The notes under the pieces were generated by a model that was not told the DNA's origin, did no database searches, and saw only the letters and a program-made list of their open reading frames with translations. From NCBI GenBank assembly GCA_016932715.1, contig JAFGCG010000053.1, forward strand, positions 499-64,498: 64,000 nt of DNA, written 5' to 3'. The position numbers and the translations under genes are program-made. This DNA is from Anaerolineales bacterium (GTDB lineage: Bacteria; Chloroflexota; Anaerolineae; Anaerolineales; Villigracilaceae). Positions 19,175 through 28,426 of this stretch are shown here, in pieces. Positions within the stretch are counted from its first letter, which is position 1; the number at the start of each line of letters is the position of its first letter.

Positions 19175-21388
19175 ATGGGACCTGAATCCAACGATCTCGT
19201 GATCATCCGCGTTGTCAAACACCTGCCGATGGGGCTCGGCGTTGAGACAGAAAACGGTCAGCCGGGGATTGTCCGTGTACGCGAGATATCCTGGGATCCT
19301 GAACGATCCAGAAACTGGAGAGAGAATTACCCAATAGATTGGAGCGGGGAAGCCTATCCCTTATCCACAAGGGACCAGCTCAAAGAGTTCAGCCTGAAAC
19401 TAGCAGAAAATGATCCATGGGAGGAGATTCCGAAAATAATCGAGAGGGGCAGGCTTTACGAAGGTGTGGTGACTGGCATCACGGAGTATGGCGCGTTCAT
19501 CGAAATTGCATCCGGGGTGACCGGGCTTCTGCATCGATCGCAGCTGCCGGCCTGGGTTAAGGCATCGCCCATCGACTTGTTTTGGCCCGGGGATAGAGTG
19601 TTCGTCACGGTTCAGGAGGTTAAATATAGCGAAAGGAAGATCGCGCTTGGATTTGCTGAATCCACCCGACAGAGCGGGCCGAGAGACCTGCCTCAGGATA
19701 TCCACCGGTTGAGCCAGTGGAAGGGTGACAATCCCGATGTGGACGTTTTCATGAAAGAGAACGCCCAAAAGGAACATTATTTGGTCGTGGAGGATGATCC
19801 GGAACAGTCGCTCATGATCTCCAACTGGCTGCGTCGTTTTGGTCAACAAGTAGACGTGGCCACGGGAGCAGAGGAGGCACTGGCGTTCCTCGAGAGAGCC
19901 ACACCCGATGTGGCTTTCATCGATGTTGGCTTACCCAACATGAACGGCGTAGAACTCTCCAGGATTATCCTGGAAAAGTGGCCCAAAATCCGCGTGACTA
20001 TCACGACTGATTGGGCCAGAGCCGAAAGTGTTATGAATGAGCTTGAGGAGTTACAACATCGCCACGCGGAATTGCTGACGAAACCTCTATTGCCCGAAGA
20101 TTTGATCGGCGTGATCCGAAAAACAAGATTGGAATACCCCGTGGAGGAGGTCGGACGTCAGGATGCGGGAGTTTCAAACCCTGCCTCCGGTCGCAAGAGC
20201 GTAATCCGGCCCAGTCTCCATAACAAAAACATGCTTGATCAGTTCCGTCGCTATTTGGGCTTCGAACTGGCTATCTTGTTCGCCACCGATAAGATCCACC
20301 GCCAGGTGTCCATTGTAGAATGCTCTGGCGATGAAACCTCCCTGCACACCGCATCCATGTCTCAGTTGATTTACAGTCCGGTACGGGATGTAGCTGAAGA
20401 CCACTGCATGATCACAATCGAGGATATCCGAACTCACAGCCGTGATCGGTTCCGTTATTTACTGGAGCTTTATCCAAACCTGAGGTCGTGTATCGGCGTA
20501 CCGGTTTCCTCACGCACGCCCAGTGACTTTGCTCTTTTCGCACTGGATAAACACTCCCATCAGATCAGCCAGGAACAAAAAATATTTGCAGAAGCCGTTG
20601 CACTGGCGATCGGGACCGCGCTTGAACAGAAGAATTTCAACGAAAGGTCGATCCTGATCCAGCGCTCGGCGCTGATCGGCCATCTGACGCGCGGCATGGT
20701 GCACGAGATCAACAACCTGGTGGGACCCCTCCATTCCAGGCTGGATAACCTCCAGGGCAGCCTGAAACGGATGGAGAAAAGACAGGCTCGGGCCACGGCA
20801 ACAGACGCCGATAACACGTTAATCACAAACGAATTGGTTGAAATCCAGAAGAATGTCCGCAAAATCATCAATACGACGCGCATGTTCGGGCGGATTGCCG
20901 CAAAAGACAAGAATGAAGTCCTGCGGATCGATGAGATCGTGAATGAGACCATTCACTTTATGCGAGATCTTAGTGAGGGATCGCGCGTGAAGATCACTTT
21001 TACTCCCCCCGAGCATCTGCTTGTGATCAAAAACCAGGCGGCGGCACTGGAGCAAGTCCTTCTGAATGTGCTTCTGAACGCAGTCCAGCAAATCGCTGAA
21101 CTGCGCCCTGATTCAGGCGGTTGGGTTCACGTGCAGATCGATCATCCATTTCAGAAAGGCGAATCGGCTTTTTTTACGATCCGCATCGAGGATAATGGTC
21201 CGGGAATTCATATGGGGTTATGGGAGAGAATATTCGAAGCAGGCTACACCACGCGGGCAGACGGAAGTGGGATTGGTCTCTATATATCATGGAATCTGAT
21301 GGAGGAACTGGGAGGTCGGATCTATGTCAAAGAGAGCCATGTCTTGAGTGGGACTACGTTCGCGCTGGAAATACCCTATCATCTTTAG
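19175..21388 (+). CDS. Hybrid sensor kinase: two S1/OB-like modules + receiver + GAF-like region + HisKA + HATPase_c
   Basis: S1-like GLGVETENGQPGIVRVREIS and GVVTGITEYGAFIEIASGVTGLLHRSQL. REC YLVVEDDPEQ...AFIDVGLPNMNG...LTKP. H-box MVHEINNLVGPL. G-boxes EDNGPGI, GSGIGLY. The ATG at 19175 is preceded by AGGAG. Confidence 0.85.
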   Translation: MGPESNDLVIIRVVKHLPMGLGVETENGQPGIVRVREISWDPERSRNWRENYPIDWSGEAYPLSTRDQLKEFSLKLAENDPWEEIPKIIERGRLYEGVVTGITEYGAFIEIASGVTGLLHRSQLPAWVKASPIDLFWPGDRVFVTVQEVKYSERKIALGFAESTRQSGPRDLPQDIHRLSQWKGDNPDVDVFMKENAQKEHYLVVEDDPEQSLMISNWLRRFGQQVDVATGAEEALAFLERATPDVAFIDVGLPNMNGVELSRIILEKWPKIRVTITTDWARAESVMNELEELQHRHAELLTKPLLPEDLIGVIRKTRLEYPVEEVGRQDAGVSNPASGRKSVIRPSLHNKNMLDQFRRYLGFELAILFATDKIHRQVSIVECSGDETSLHTASMSQLIYSPVRDVAEDHCMITIEDIRTHSRDRFRYLLELYPNLRSCIGVPVSSRTPSDFALFALDKHSHQISQEQKIFAEAVALAIGTALEQKNFNERSILIQRSALIGHLTRGMVHEINNLVGPLHSRLDNLQGSLKRMEKRQARATATDADNTLITNELVEIQKNVRKIINTTRMFGRIAAKDKNEVLRIDEIVNETIHFMRDLSEGSRVKITFTPPEHLLVIKNQAAALEQVLLNVLLNAVQQIAELRPDSGGWVHVQIDHPFQKGESAFFTIRIEDNGPGIHMGLWERIFEAGYTTRADGSGIGLYISWNLMEELGGRIYVKESHVLSGTTFALEIPYHL

Positions 21389-21400
21389 AAAGAGGCTGTG

Positions 21401-24400
21401 ATGTGCCGCGTACTCGTAGTCGATGACGAATTGTTTGGCGGAGAAACCGTCAAACTGGTCATCGAAACCAATTCGAAAAACACCGTCGACGTCGTGACGA
21501 CTACCAGCCAGGCAGTGGACCTGGTGACGCGCTCCATTGTAGACGGAAAATGCTACGAGGCCTTTCTAATAGACCAGCAATTGGGGGATGGAGAGAATGG
21601 GATTGAATTGATGAAGACCCTGAATCGTATCAGCCCGGACACAGAAGCCATCATCATCACCGGATACGGGGACAGTGCGAACGGATTGAACGCCTACCGG
21701 GCTGGCGCCTTCCGTTATCTTACCAAGCCCTTCGACAATCAGGAATTGCTCTATTTGATCGATTCGTTGCGGGAATGGCACAAGACACGGCAGGAGCATG
21801 GCTGGCAGAAGATCTTCAGTGAAATGATGGAGGCGGCACTTCAGCGATTCAACTTTAAGGACACCGCCGAGGTTGTCGTGAACTATTCGCTCAAGCTGGG
21901 CTTCGAGCGCGCCCACCTCTTCTGGGTTCCCACAGGGAAAGAGATCAACAAAGAGAATCTATTCATTGGCATCGCCTGCGCCGGACATAATCGCATTCAA
22001 AACTTCAAAGGCCGCCTGTATCCCTTGCTCGAATGGTTCGATCCGCATGACATTACCAGGAACTTCAACGCAATATTTATCCGCGACTTTAGCGAAGAAT
22101 CGGCGAACACAGCCAATTCAGACGGATACCAGTTGCCTCTCCTGGAGGCGACCCTACTCCCGATCGGGCGCGCAGACACATTGGCAGGGTTTCTGCTGCT
22201 CGATTATGGCGAGCACAAGAGGACCGTCAGCGAGCATGAACGCTCGCTCCTGAACCTGTTCGCCCGCCAGGTTTCCGTCGTCCTGAACCAGGCCAGTCTG
22301 CATGGCCGCGAGCAGCGGCTGCTCCAGGAATCGGCCACCATTCAAAACATCGGCCGTCAGATCACGACGAAGGCGGCCTCCGCGAACCTGATCGACCTGC
22401 TGGAAGAGATCCGCAGGCAGATCGGGAAATTGATGGATGTCTCGAACTGTTCCGTGTTCCTGAAAAATGAAGAGAACAACGAGCTTGATCTTCATCTTCT
22501 GTATGAGAATGGCAGAAGGCGCAAAGGGCTCATTCGACCCATCGGTGATGGCTTCGAGAAGTACCTGCTGAATTCCGAGAGGGCGGTTGTGCTTTCCTAT
22601 ATGGACCTGGATATATTTATCGAGGACCACCAAACCGATTCCGGCGACGCCATCCCCTCCACTGTGCTGGGTGTGCCGTTGCGCGTCGAGAACAAGACGA
22701 TCGGAGGGATCGTCGTCTCCCAGTCCAGTATTCAGGGAAGCGAAGACTTCGAGCGCAATAGACGCATCCTGCTCTCCGTCGCGGACCAGGTGGCGGGAGC
22801 CATTCAGATCAGCCGGCTTTCGGAGGCTGAGAAGGAAGACGCTCGTCGTATGCAAGTGCTGCAGAAAGCCAGCACCGAGATGCTGAGGATTGCGCAGGAA
22901 AATGAAGACCATTTTTGGCTGATGCTCCTGACTATTGCCACCTCCAATTTCGGACTTGGATTCAATCGGGCCTTATTGTTCCTGGAGGAGGAAAACTTCC
23001 GCAGGTTGTGCGGCCGCATGGGAGTAGGCACGGAAAGTACAAAAGAAGCCAGCAGGGACTGGGAAAGGGATGAAAAACGGAGATATGATTTCCAGGACTT
23101 CCTGACTGACCTGGGAACGAGGAGAAGGCGCCATACTTCTTTCGAGAAATTGGTACGGCAGGTCCAGTTCGACCTGGCGGAAGAAGAAGACGCGATCGGT
23201 CAGGTCGTTCGAGAAAAGCAGAGAACCACTCTTCAGCCAGCGGAAATTGCGGCGCGGCTGCCGGTCGAAATTACCCGCACCTTTTCCCTGGCGACATGTG
23301 CCATTCTGCCTCTGCGAGCCGGCGACAAGGTTCTGGGGATGGTGATCGTCGATAACAAGCACAATCGCCGGCCCTTGAATGAGCGCTCGCTCGATCGGCT
23401 CCAAAGTCTTTTGGATAACGCGGGCCTGGTGTGGGAAACGCGCCGGGAGCAAAAAAAGAGTGAAAGTCTGCTGAGTGCCAATTACAGGATCCTGAGCGGC
23501 GCCAGGGATCAATCGCTGCGAGAAACGTTGAACCAGATCTGCAGGACCGCCCGCTTCTTCAGCGGAGCAGACTGGGCGATCATCCTTCCGATCCTGGAGG
23601 ACGGTCATCGCCGGTTTGACGTGAACAATATTGGCTTTGATGGAGAATTGCAGAACAACCCCATCGATGGGATTGTCGATTCGACACACCTGGGAGGGAT
23701 TTCGCAGCACGTTCTGAGAAGAAGCAAACTGGTGGTCAATGACATCGATGCGGAGAGCAGGGTCAACCAGCAGCTTAACATCTCGCAGCATCACTTTATA
23801 CAAAGCGAAGGTGTGAAAGCGCTGATCGGGGCGGCTGTGCGCAGCCGAGATGATGAGAAGCCACTTGGGCTTTTGTATCTCGATTATCGCCAGCCGCATA
23901 TTTTCTCCAAATTGGAAACACAGCAGGCGCTCTCCTTTGCCAGCCTGGCCGGCGTCGCGATCTCGAATGCCCGCCGTATGGATGAGCTTCACCAGCGACG
24001 GCAATTAAAGACAGCCAAGGAAATTGCGGAGACGATCGGTCTGGGACTTGATCTCGAAAAGACCATGGAAGCCACGATTCAAATATTGCACACCGTATTT
24101 AAAAAGACCCGGCCGTGTGTCTTACTCTACCAAAATGACATCAAAGCACTGAAGTTTGCGCCTGCAACCCTCAAGTACTACAAGATCGAGAATACGAAAT
24201 ATCGCAGGCAGGACACTTTCCCACTTAACGGGCGCTCGATCGCCTGCCGAGTGGCGAGAAAGGCCTTGCGCACCAAAAAGGTTGAGCATGAGAACATTGG
24301 GGATGTGACCAATGATGCCGACTACCTGCCGCTCGGCCAGAACACTCAATCCGAGCTATGTGTGAGTCTGATGAATACAAGGAACGAATTGCTGGGTATT

Positions 24401-25186
24401 TTCGCGCTGGAGCGAGACAAGTTGAATGGGTTTGATAATGCAGATGAAGATTTGGTCAAAACAGTGGCACAGCAATTGAGCGTCGCGATCGAGCGTGCCC
24501 AACAAAGTGAAGAACTCGCCTTTCGAACGATTGTGGCAGCTCAGACCGCCTGGGCAGCAGACATTGCTCACGAGATCAATAATGAGGTTGGACAAATCCG
24601 GAACTGGACATACATGCTAAGAGACCGGCTGGAGGATGGCTCAGAACTGCAGGAGTTTGCAAAAAGAATTGAGGAAAGTGCAGCTGTTCTCTCAAGTACT
24701 GGTCCCTGGAGCGATCAACCCCCTCAGATTGTAAAGCTCGACCTGTTCCTGGAACGAAACCTGAAAAAACTTACCAGTCAGCGAAGCCTGACAGTGGAAT
24801 TCCAACTTGAGGCGCCGGATGTCTACATACGGGTTAATCCCACGGAATTTCAACACGTCCTGCGTCATCTGGTTCGGAATGCAGCCCGTGCCATGAGCAA
24901 CTCAAAAACAAAGAAGCTGATGGTGACCACACGCTGCATAGAGAGCGGCAGGGTAGAGGTTCTGTTTCAAGACTCCGGCCCAGGGATTAGTAAGGAAGTA
25001 CAGCTATCCGTTTTCCAGCGCCCGATCACCACCAAGGGCCGAGGCGGCTATGGCTTGCTCCTTGTCCGACAGATGATCGAGGATATGCACGGCCAGATCA
25101 GACTTGTGCCCCAGAAACGAGGCCGGGGCGCAGTCTTTTCCATCCAATTCCCGATTGCCAGTGTTATGGACGGGACGGTGGAATAG
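21401..25186 (+). CDS. Hybrid sensor kinase: N-terminal receiver + multiple GAF-like repeats + HisKA + HATPase_c (about 1261 aa)
   Basis: REC VLVVDDE...FLIDQQLGDGENG...LTKP. Repeated GAF-like segments (LGVPLRVENKTIGGIVV; ILPLRAGDKVLGMVIVDN; LGLLYLDY; LCVSLMNTRNELLGIFALE). H-box IAHEINNEVGQI. QDSGPGI, GGYGLLL. An alternative GTG start is at 21398. Confidence 0.85.
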   Translation: MCRVLVVDDELFGGETVKLVIETNSKNTVDVVTTTSQAVDLVTRSIVDGKCYEAFLIDQQLGDGENGIELMKTLNRISPDTEAIIITGYGDSANGLNAYRAGAFRYLTKPFDNQELLYLIDSLREWHKTRQEHGWQKIFSEMMEAALQRFNFKDTAEVVVNYSLKLGFERAHLFWVPTGKEINKENLFIGIACAGHNRIQNFKGRLYPLLEWFDPHDITRNFNAIFIRDFSEESANTANSDGYQLPLLEATLLPIGRADTLAGFLLLDYGEHKRTVSEHERSLLNLFARQVSVVLNQASLHGREQRLLQESATIQNIGRQITTKAASANLIDLLEEIRRQIGKLMDVSNCSVFLKNEENNELDLHLLYENGRRRKGLIRPIGDGFEKYLLNSERAVVLSYMDLDIFIEDHQTDSGDAIPSTVLGVPLRVENKTIGGIVVSQSSIQGSEDFERNRRILLSVADQVAGAIQISRLSEAEKEDARRMQVLQKASTEMLRIAQENEDHFWLMLLTIATSNFGLGFNRALLFLEEENFRRLCGRMGVGTESTKEASRDWERDEKRRYDFQDFLTDLGTRRRRHTSFEKLVRQVQFDLAEEEDAIGQVVREKQRTTLQPAEIAARLPVEITRTFSLATCAILPLRAGDKVLGMVIVDNKHNRRPLNERSLDRLQSLLDNAGLVWETRREQKKSESLLSANYRILSGARDQSLRETLNQICRTARFFSGADWAIILPILEDGHRRFDVNNIGFDGELQNNPIDGIVDSTHLGGISQHVLRRSKLVVNDIDAESRVNQQLNISQHHFIQSEGVKALIGAAVRSRDDEKPLGLLYLDYRQPHIFSKLETQQALSFASLAGVAISNARRMDELHQRRQLKTAKEIAETIGLGLDLEKTMEATIQILHTVFKKTRPCVLLYQNDIKALKFAPATLKYYKIENTKYRRQDTFPLNGRSIACRVARKALRTKKVEHENIGDVTNDADYLPLGQNTQSELCVSLMNTRNELLGIFALERDKLNGFDNADEDLVKTVAQQLSVAIERAQQSEELAFRTIVAAQTAWAADIAHEINNEVGQIRNWTYMLRDRLEDGSELQEFAKRIEESAAVLSSTGPWSDQPPQIVKLDLFLERNLKKLTSQRSLTVEFQLEAPDVYIRVNPTEFQHVLRHLVRNAARAMSNSKTKKLMVTTRCIESGRVEVLFQDSGPGISKEVQLSVFQRPITTKGRGGYGLLLVRQMIEDMHGQIRLVPQKRGRGAVFSIQFPIASVMDGTVE

Positions 25187-25193
25187 GCCTTCG

Positions 25194-26867
25194 ATGGAAA
25201 ATATACAAGCAAATTTCATGAATCAGAAACCGCGCATCCTGCTTGTCGAGAACGACCCACGCGCACGTGAAGCATACAGTGCTCTCCTCAAATATTGGAA
25301 TTACGATCCGATCCTGGCTGTGGGGGAAGGATGGTCGTTGATCGAAGACGCGCGGGCCAAAGCCAGGCAGGCGCGCTGCCTGCTTGCCCTGATCGATTTG
25401 CACCTGCTCGATGATTACGATGAAGATGACACCAGCGGCCTGAAATTAGCCACACAGGTCGGTACGATCCGGGCCATCATCCTGAGCGGAAACCCGAATC
25501 AAACCGTCCTGCTCGAGATGCTGGACAAACATAAGGATATCCATTTTATCAATAAGGGCGCTTCCGCCGAGGAGAAACGCCGCATCCTGGATACTGAAAT
25601 GGCAAAGATCAGTGCCGTCAAGCGCGGGCTGCATATTAGCCCGCCCGAGCTTATGAACGAAATCGCCCAAACCACCTTTGGGGCATTGACCGGCGAATAT
25701 TCCGACCAGGTTGCCGATACTCTTGCGCAGCTGTTCCCGAATGCAACCGGGTTATGGATCGAGAAACTGGATGCGGGTTCATCCGTCTCGCATGCCTCTG
25801 TTGTGCCGAGACCCAATTCCGTGGTGCTGAGGGTAGCCGAAGATGATTTGGAGCCCGTGGTGGTGAAATTAGCCCGAGCCGGAAAAATCGGGATAGAAGT
25901 CCGGTGCTACGAGAAATTCATCTTCAGAAGGCTCCCCGGAAGCTTCATCGCGCGGCTCGAGCGTTTTGCCATCCAATGGGACATAGGCGGGGCACTTTAC
26001 TCCTACATTGGCGATTTCGATGTCAAGACATTCTCACGCTACTATCAGGAGCGCCCAATCGAGGATATCCGGGAATGCCTGAACTCCTTCTTCACAGTTT
26101 CCTGGCGCAGGCATTACGAAAGAGGGCGCGACCAAAGCAACATTTCCCTCTTCGATCTTTATGGACTGGTATGGGGGAACTGGTACGAAAAACGAGTCAA
26201 GAACTTTCGATCCAGGGCTTCCCTGTACGATCCGGGCGTTCATCAAAAGTTAGGACTCCCGGAGCCCATCGAGTGGTTCAAAAAGAACATTGCAGAGAAC
26301 AGAGCAAAGGATCTCAGCTTCGTGGAAAATACCCGGATAGCTGTCACACACGGGGATTTGCATGGCGACAACCTGCTGATCGACAGCCAGAGGAATGCCT
26401 GGGTCATCGATTTTGAACGTACGGGAGAAGGTCATGCCCTGCAGGACTTCATCGAGCTGGAGTCCGATATCATTAACCGCCTGGAGGCTCAGGCTCATTC
26501 GGGAGACACCTCCTCTTACTATCGGATGTGTCTGACCGTCGCCAGCCAGACAGAGATCAGGGAACTTGAGCGATCTGAAATGGAGAGTGCCGATCCGGGC
26601 ATCCGAAAGGCGCTTCAAACCATATCTATTCTACGGTCGCTTGCCCGCCAATGCACCGAGATCACAGATGCACGCCAGTATTTACTGGGTCTGCTCTTCA
26701 ACACGATCTTCCGTGCTACAATCAATAACAATGAAAAGCACCACGAACGCCAAAGCCGTGCGCTTATACTGGCCGGAATCTTCTGTCACCGGCTGGATCA
26801 CTGGAATGATCCCTGGCCCCCGGAAGAGTGGCAACATATTCTGAACACCAGGAGGAATTATGCTTGA
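25194..26867 (+). CDS. Receiver domain fused to an APH/eukaryotic-like protein-kinase-fold domain
   Basis: REC ILLVENDP...LALIDLHL...FINKG. Kinase-fold motifs PVVVKLAR (beta3 Lys), VTHGDLHGDNLLID (catalytic loop HxDxxxxN), WVIDFERTG (DFG equivalent). The ATG at 25194 is 7 nt after the upstream stop (alternative ATG at 25218). Confidence 0.8.
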   Translation: MENIQANFMNQKPRILLVENDPRAREAYSALLKYWNYDPILAVGEGWSLIEDARAKARQARCLLALIDLHLLDDYDEDDTSGLKLATQVGTIRAIILSGNPNQTVLLEMLDKHKDIHFINKGASAEEKRRILDTEMAKISAVKRGLHISPPELMNEIAQTTFGALTGEYSDQVADTLAQLFPNATGLWIEKLDAGSSVSHASVVPRPNSVVLRVAEDDLEPVVVKLARAGKIGIEVRCYEKFIFRRLPGSFIARLERFAIQWDIGGALYSYIGDFDVKTFSRYYQERPIEDIRECLNSFFTVSWRRHYERGRDQSNISLFDLYGLVWGNWYEKRVKNFRSRASLYDPGVHQKLGLPEPIEWFKKNIAENRAKDLSFVENTRIAVTHGDLHGDNLLIDSQRNAWVIDFERTGEGHALQDFIELESDIINRLEAQAHSGDTSSYYRMCLTVASQTEIRELERSEMESADPGIRKALQTISILRSLARQCTEITDARQYLLGLLFNTIFRATINNNEKHHERQSRALILAGIFCHRLDHWNDPWPPEEWQHILNTRRNYA

Positions 26868-27909
26868 GATTGGTCCCCAACACCCCATGGATTACAGACA
26901 GGAGATTCTCAAACCATTTTTCCGATATGTCGAAGGCACTGAGTCGTTTTATGTAGTGGGTGCAGCCAGCATGGGAAAGACGCGTTTACTCGACTTTCTC
27001 ACACGCGCCGACGTGCAGAAATACTACCTGGGTGAACGTACTGACCACCATTGGCTGATCCGTGTGGACTTGAATCGTCTGGCAGTCAAAAAAGAGGAAT
27101 GGGGATTTTACGAACTGCTGCTCAATTCCATTCTGCTGGATCTGAGCAACCATGAGAATATCGATAATCTAAACACTGAAATCGCAAAACTTGATTCTGA
27201 GATTCTCCAAAACCGTGATTCACGACTCGCCTCAAGATTTTTCGAGCTGGTTGTCATCAAGTTGTGCCAGGTGCATCAGCTGAAACTCTGCTTTCTATTT
27301 GACGAATTTGACGAGGCTTACAGGAGCTTTCCACGGGAGACATTCCTGCAGCTCCGCGCCGTGCGTGACGCGAACAAGAATCGAGTTTCATTCGCGTTGT
27401 TTTTGCGCGAATTGCCTGAGCACCTGCGGCCTCCAATTGAGAATGAAAGCTTTTACGAACTGCTCTCGCGCAACCGCATCGGGCTTGGACCCTATACCCG
27501 CCAGGATGCCTTGCGCATGATCCAGCAACTGGAAGCGCGCCGGGAACACCCTCTTAGCCCCGAGCAAAGAGAGAAATTGTTCGATGCCAGTGGTGGCCAT
27601 CCCGGTTTGATTCAAGCCCTTATGAGCACGCTGATCGACATTCCTCGCGCCGCTGATAAGCTCGATGCAGCAGGCTGGACGGAGTGGCTGAGCAGGCAGC
27701 CCGCTGTCATAGAGGAATGCCGCAAAATATGGAACGGATTATCCGAGGAGGAAAGGGAAGGTCTCTCTGCATTCGTGGCAGGAAATTTCAGCAAAATATC
27801 CGTACCAGTTGGGAACTTGTTAGTCACAAAAGGCCTGCTCCGAGCGAATGATCAAGGCGCGCAGTTCTTCAGCGGTATCTTCGAACGGTATGTCAAGAGT
27901 CTGCGCTAG
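26860..27909 (+). CDS. Minimal STAND-like P-loop NTPase (349 aa, no sensor repeats)
   Basis: Walker A GAASMGKT, Walker B LCFLFDEFDEA, GGHPGLIQAL (GxP-type motif of NB-ARC/MalT-like ATPases). 8-nt overlap with the upstream gene. Confidence 0.75.
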   Translation: MLEIGPQHPMDYRQEILKPFFRYVEGTESFYVVGAASMGKTRLLDFLTRADVQKYYLGERTDHHWLIRVDLNRLAVKKEEWGFYELLLNSILLDLSNHENIDNLNTEIAKLDSEILQNRDSRLASRFFELVVIKLCQVHQLKLCFLFDEFDEAYRSFPRETFLQLRAVRDANKNRVSFALFLRELPEHLRPPIENESFYELLSRNRIGLGPYTRQDALRMIQQLEARREHPLSPEQREKLFDASGGHPGLIQALMSTLIDIPRAADKLDAAGWTEWLSRQPAVIEECRKIWNGLSEEEREGLSAFVAGNFSKISVPVGNLLVTKGLLRANDQGAQFFSGIFERYVKSLR

Positions 27910-27945
27910 ACCATCAAGGTTGTGCCGGCCGCCTTGATTTCACAT

Positions 27946-27975
27946 AAAAAGACTCCCACAGGCTGGGAGTCTTTT
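27946..27975. terminator. Bidirectional Rho-independent terminator; copy 1 of a twin hairpin
   Basis: AAAAA-GACTCCCA-CAGGC-TGGGAGTC-TTTT: 8-bp GC-rich stem flanked by an A-run and a T-run, between convergent genes. Confidence 0.7.
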
Positions 27976-27981
27976 ACATGG

Positions 27982-28215
27982 TTACTTCAGCCGCCAGAAT
28001 CGCTCTCCTCTGACGGAGACAACCTTGTTCTCCGTCAGACTGCGAAACTCACGCAAAACGCGCTCGTCGATACCCAACTCTCCATTCGCGTTGGTGTACG
28101 TAAATTCTTCACCGAATAGCAAAGAGATCTCATGAGCAACAACTTCCTGAGAGAGAATTGTTTCCTGCTTCAACTCCTCCAGCATCCACTCGGCTATGGT
28201 TTTCGGTGTTGTCAT
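27982..28215 (-). CDS. Small conserved hypothetical protein (77 aa)
   Basis: Compact ORF ending just before the bidirectional terminator. No catalytic motif recognised. Confidence 0.55.
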   Translation of the reverse strand: MTTPKTIAEWMLEELKQETILSQEVVAHEISLLFGEEFTYTNANGELGIDERVLREFRSLTENKVVSVRGERFWRLK

Positions 28216-28426
28216 GCGAGAGACCGTCTAATTTCCTTTCGTGCACGCTACGACAGAATTTTACCAAAGCAATGTGTTTTTGTCGGGGTATTGAGACAAG
28301 TTGAGCTTGCGAAAATCCTTTGTAAGGGGGACTCGGACACCGCCTTTTTTACTCAGCACACTGAGTAGTATACTCAGAATGAGCGCTGTAACAAACACAG
28401 ACCAATCTTTGACCATAGGAGTACAC

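Noticed and set aside
16932-27909. Classifying the six-gene module as a known Detocs-type defensive two-component system.
   Set aside because: Detocs, as I know it, has three genes: a TPR sensor kinase, a buffer receiver and a receiver-PNP effector. Here the kinases carry S1/GAF inputs. No stand-alone receiver or PNP effector is present, and SPFH, orphan and STAND genes are added. Only the general logic is similar.
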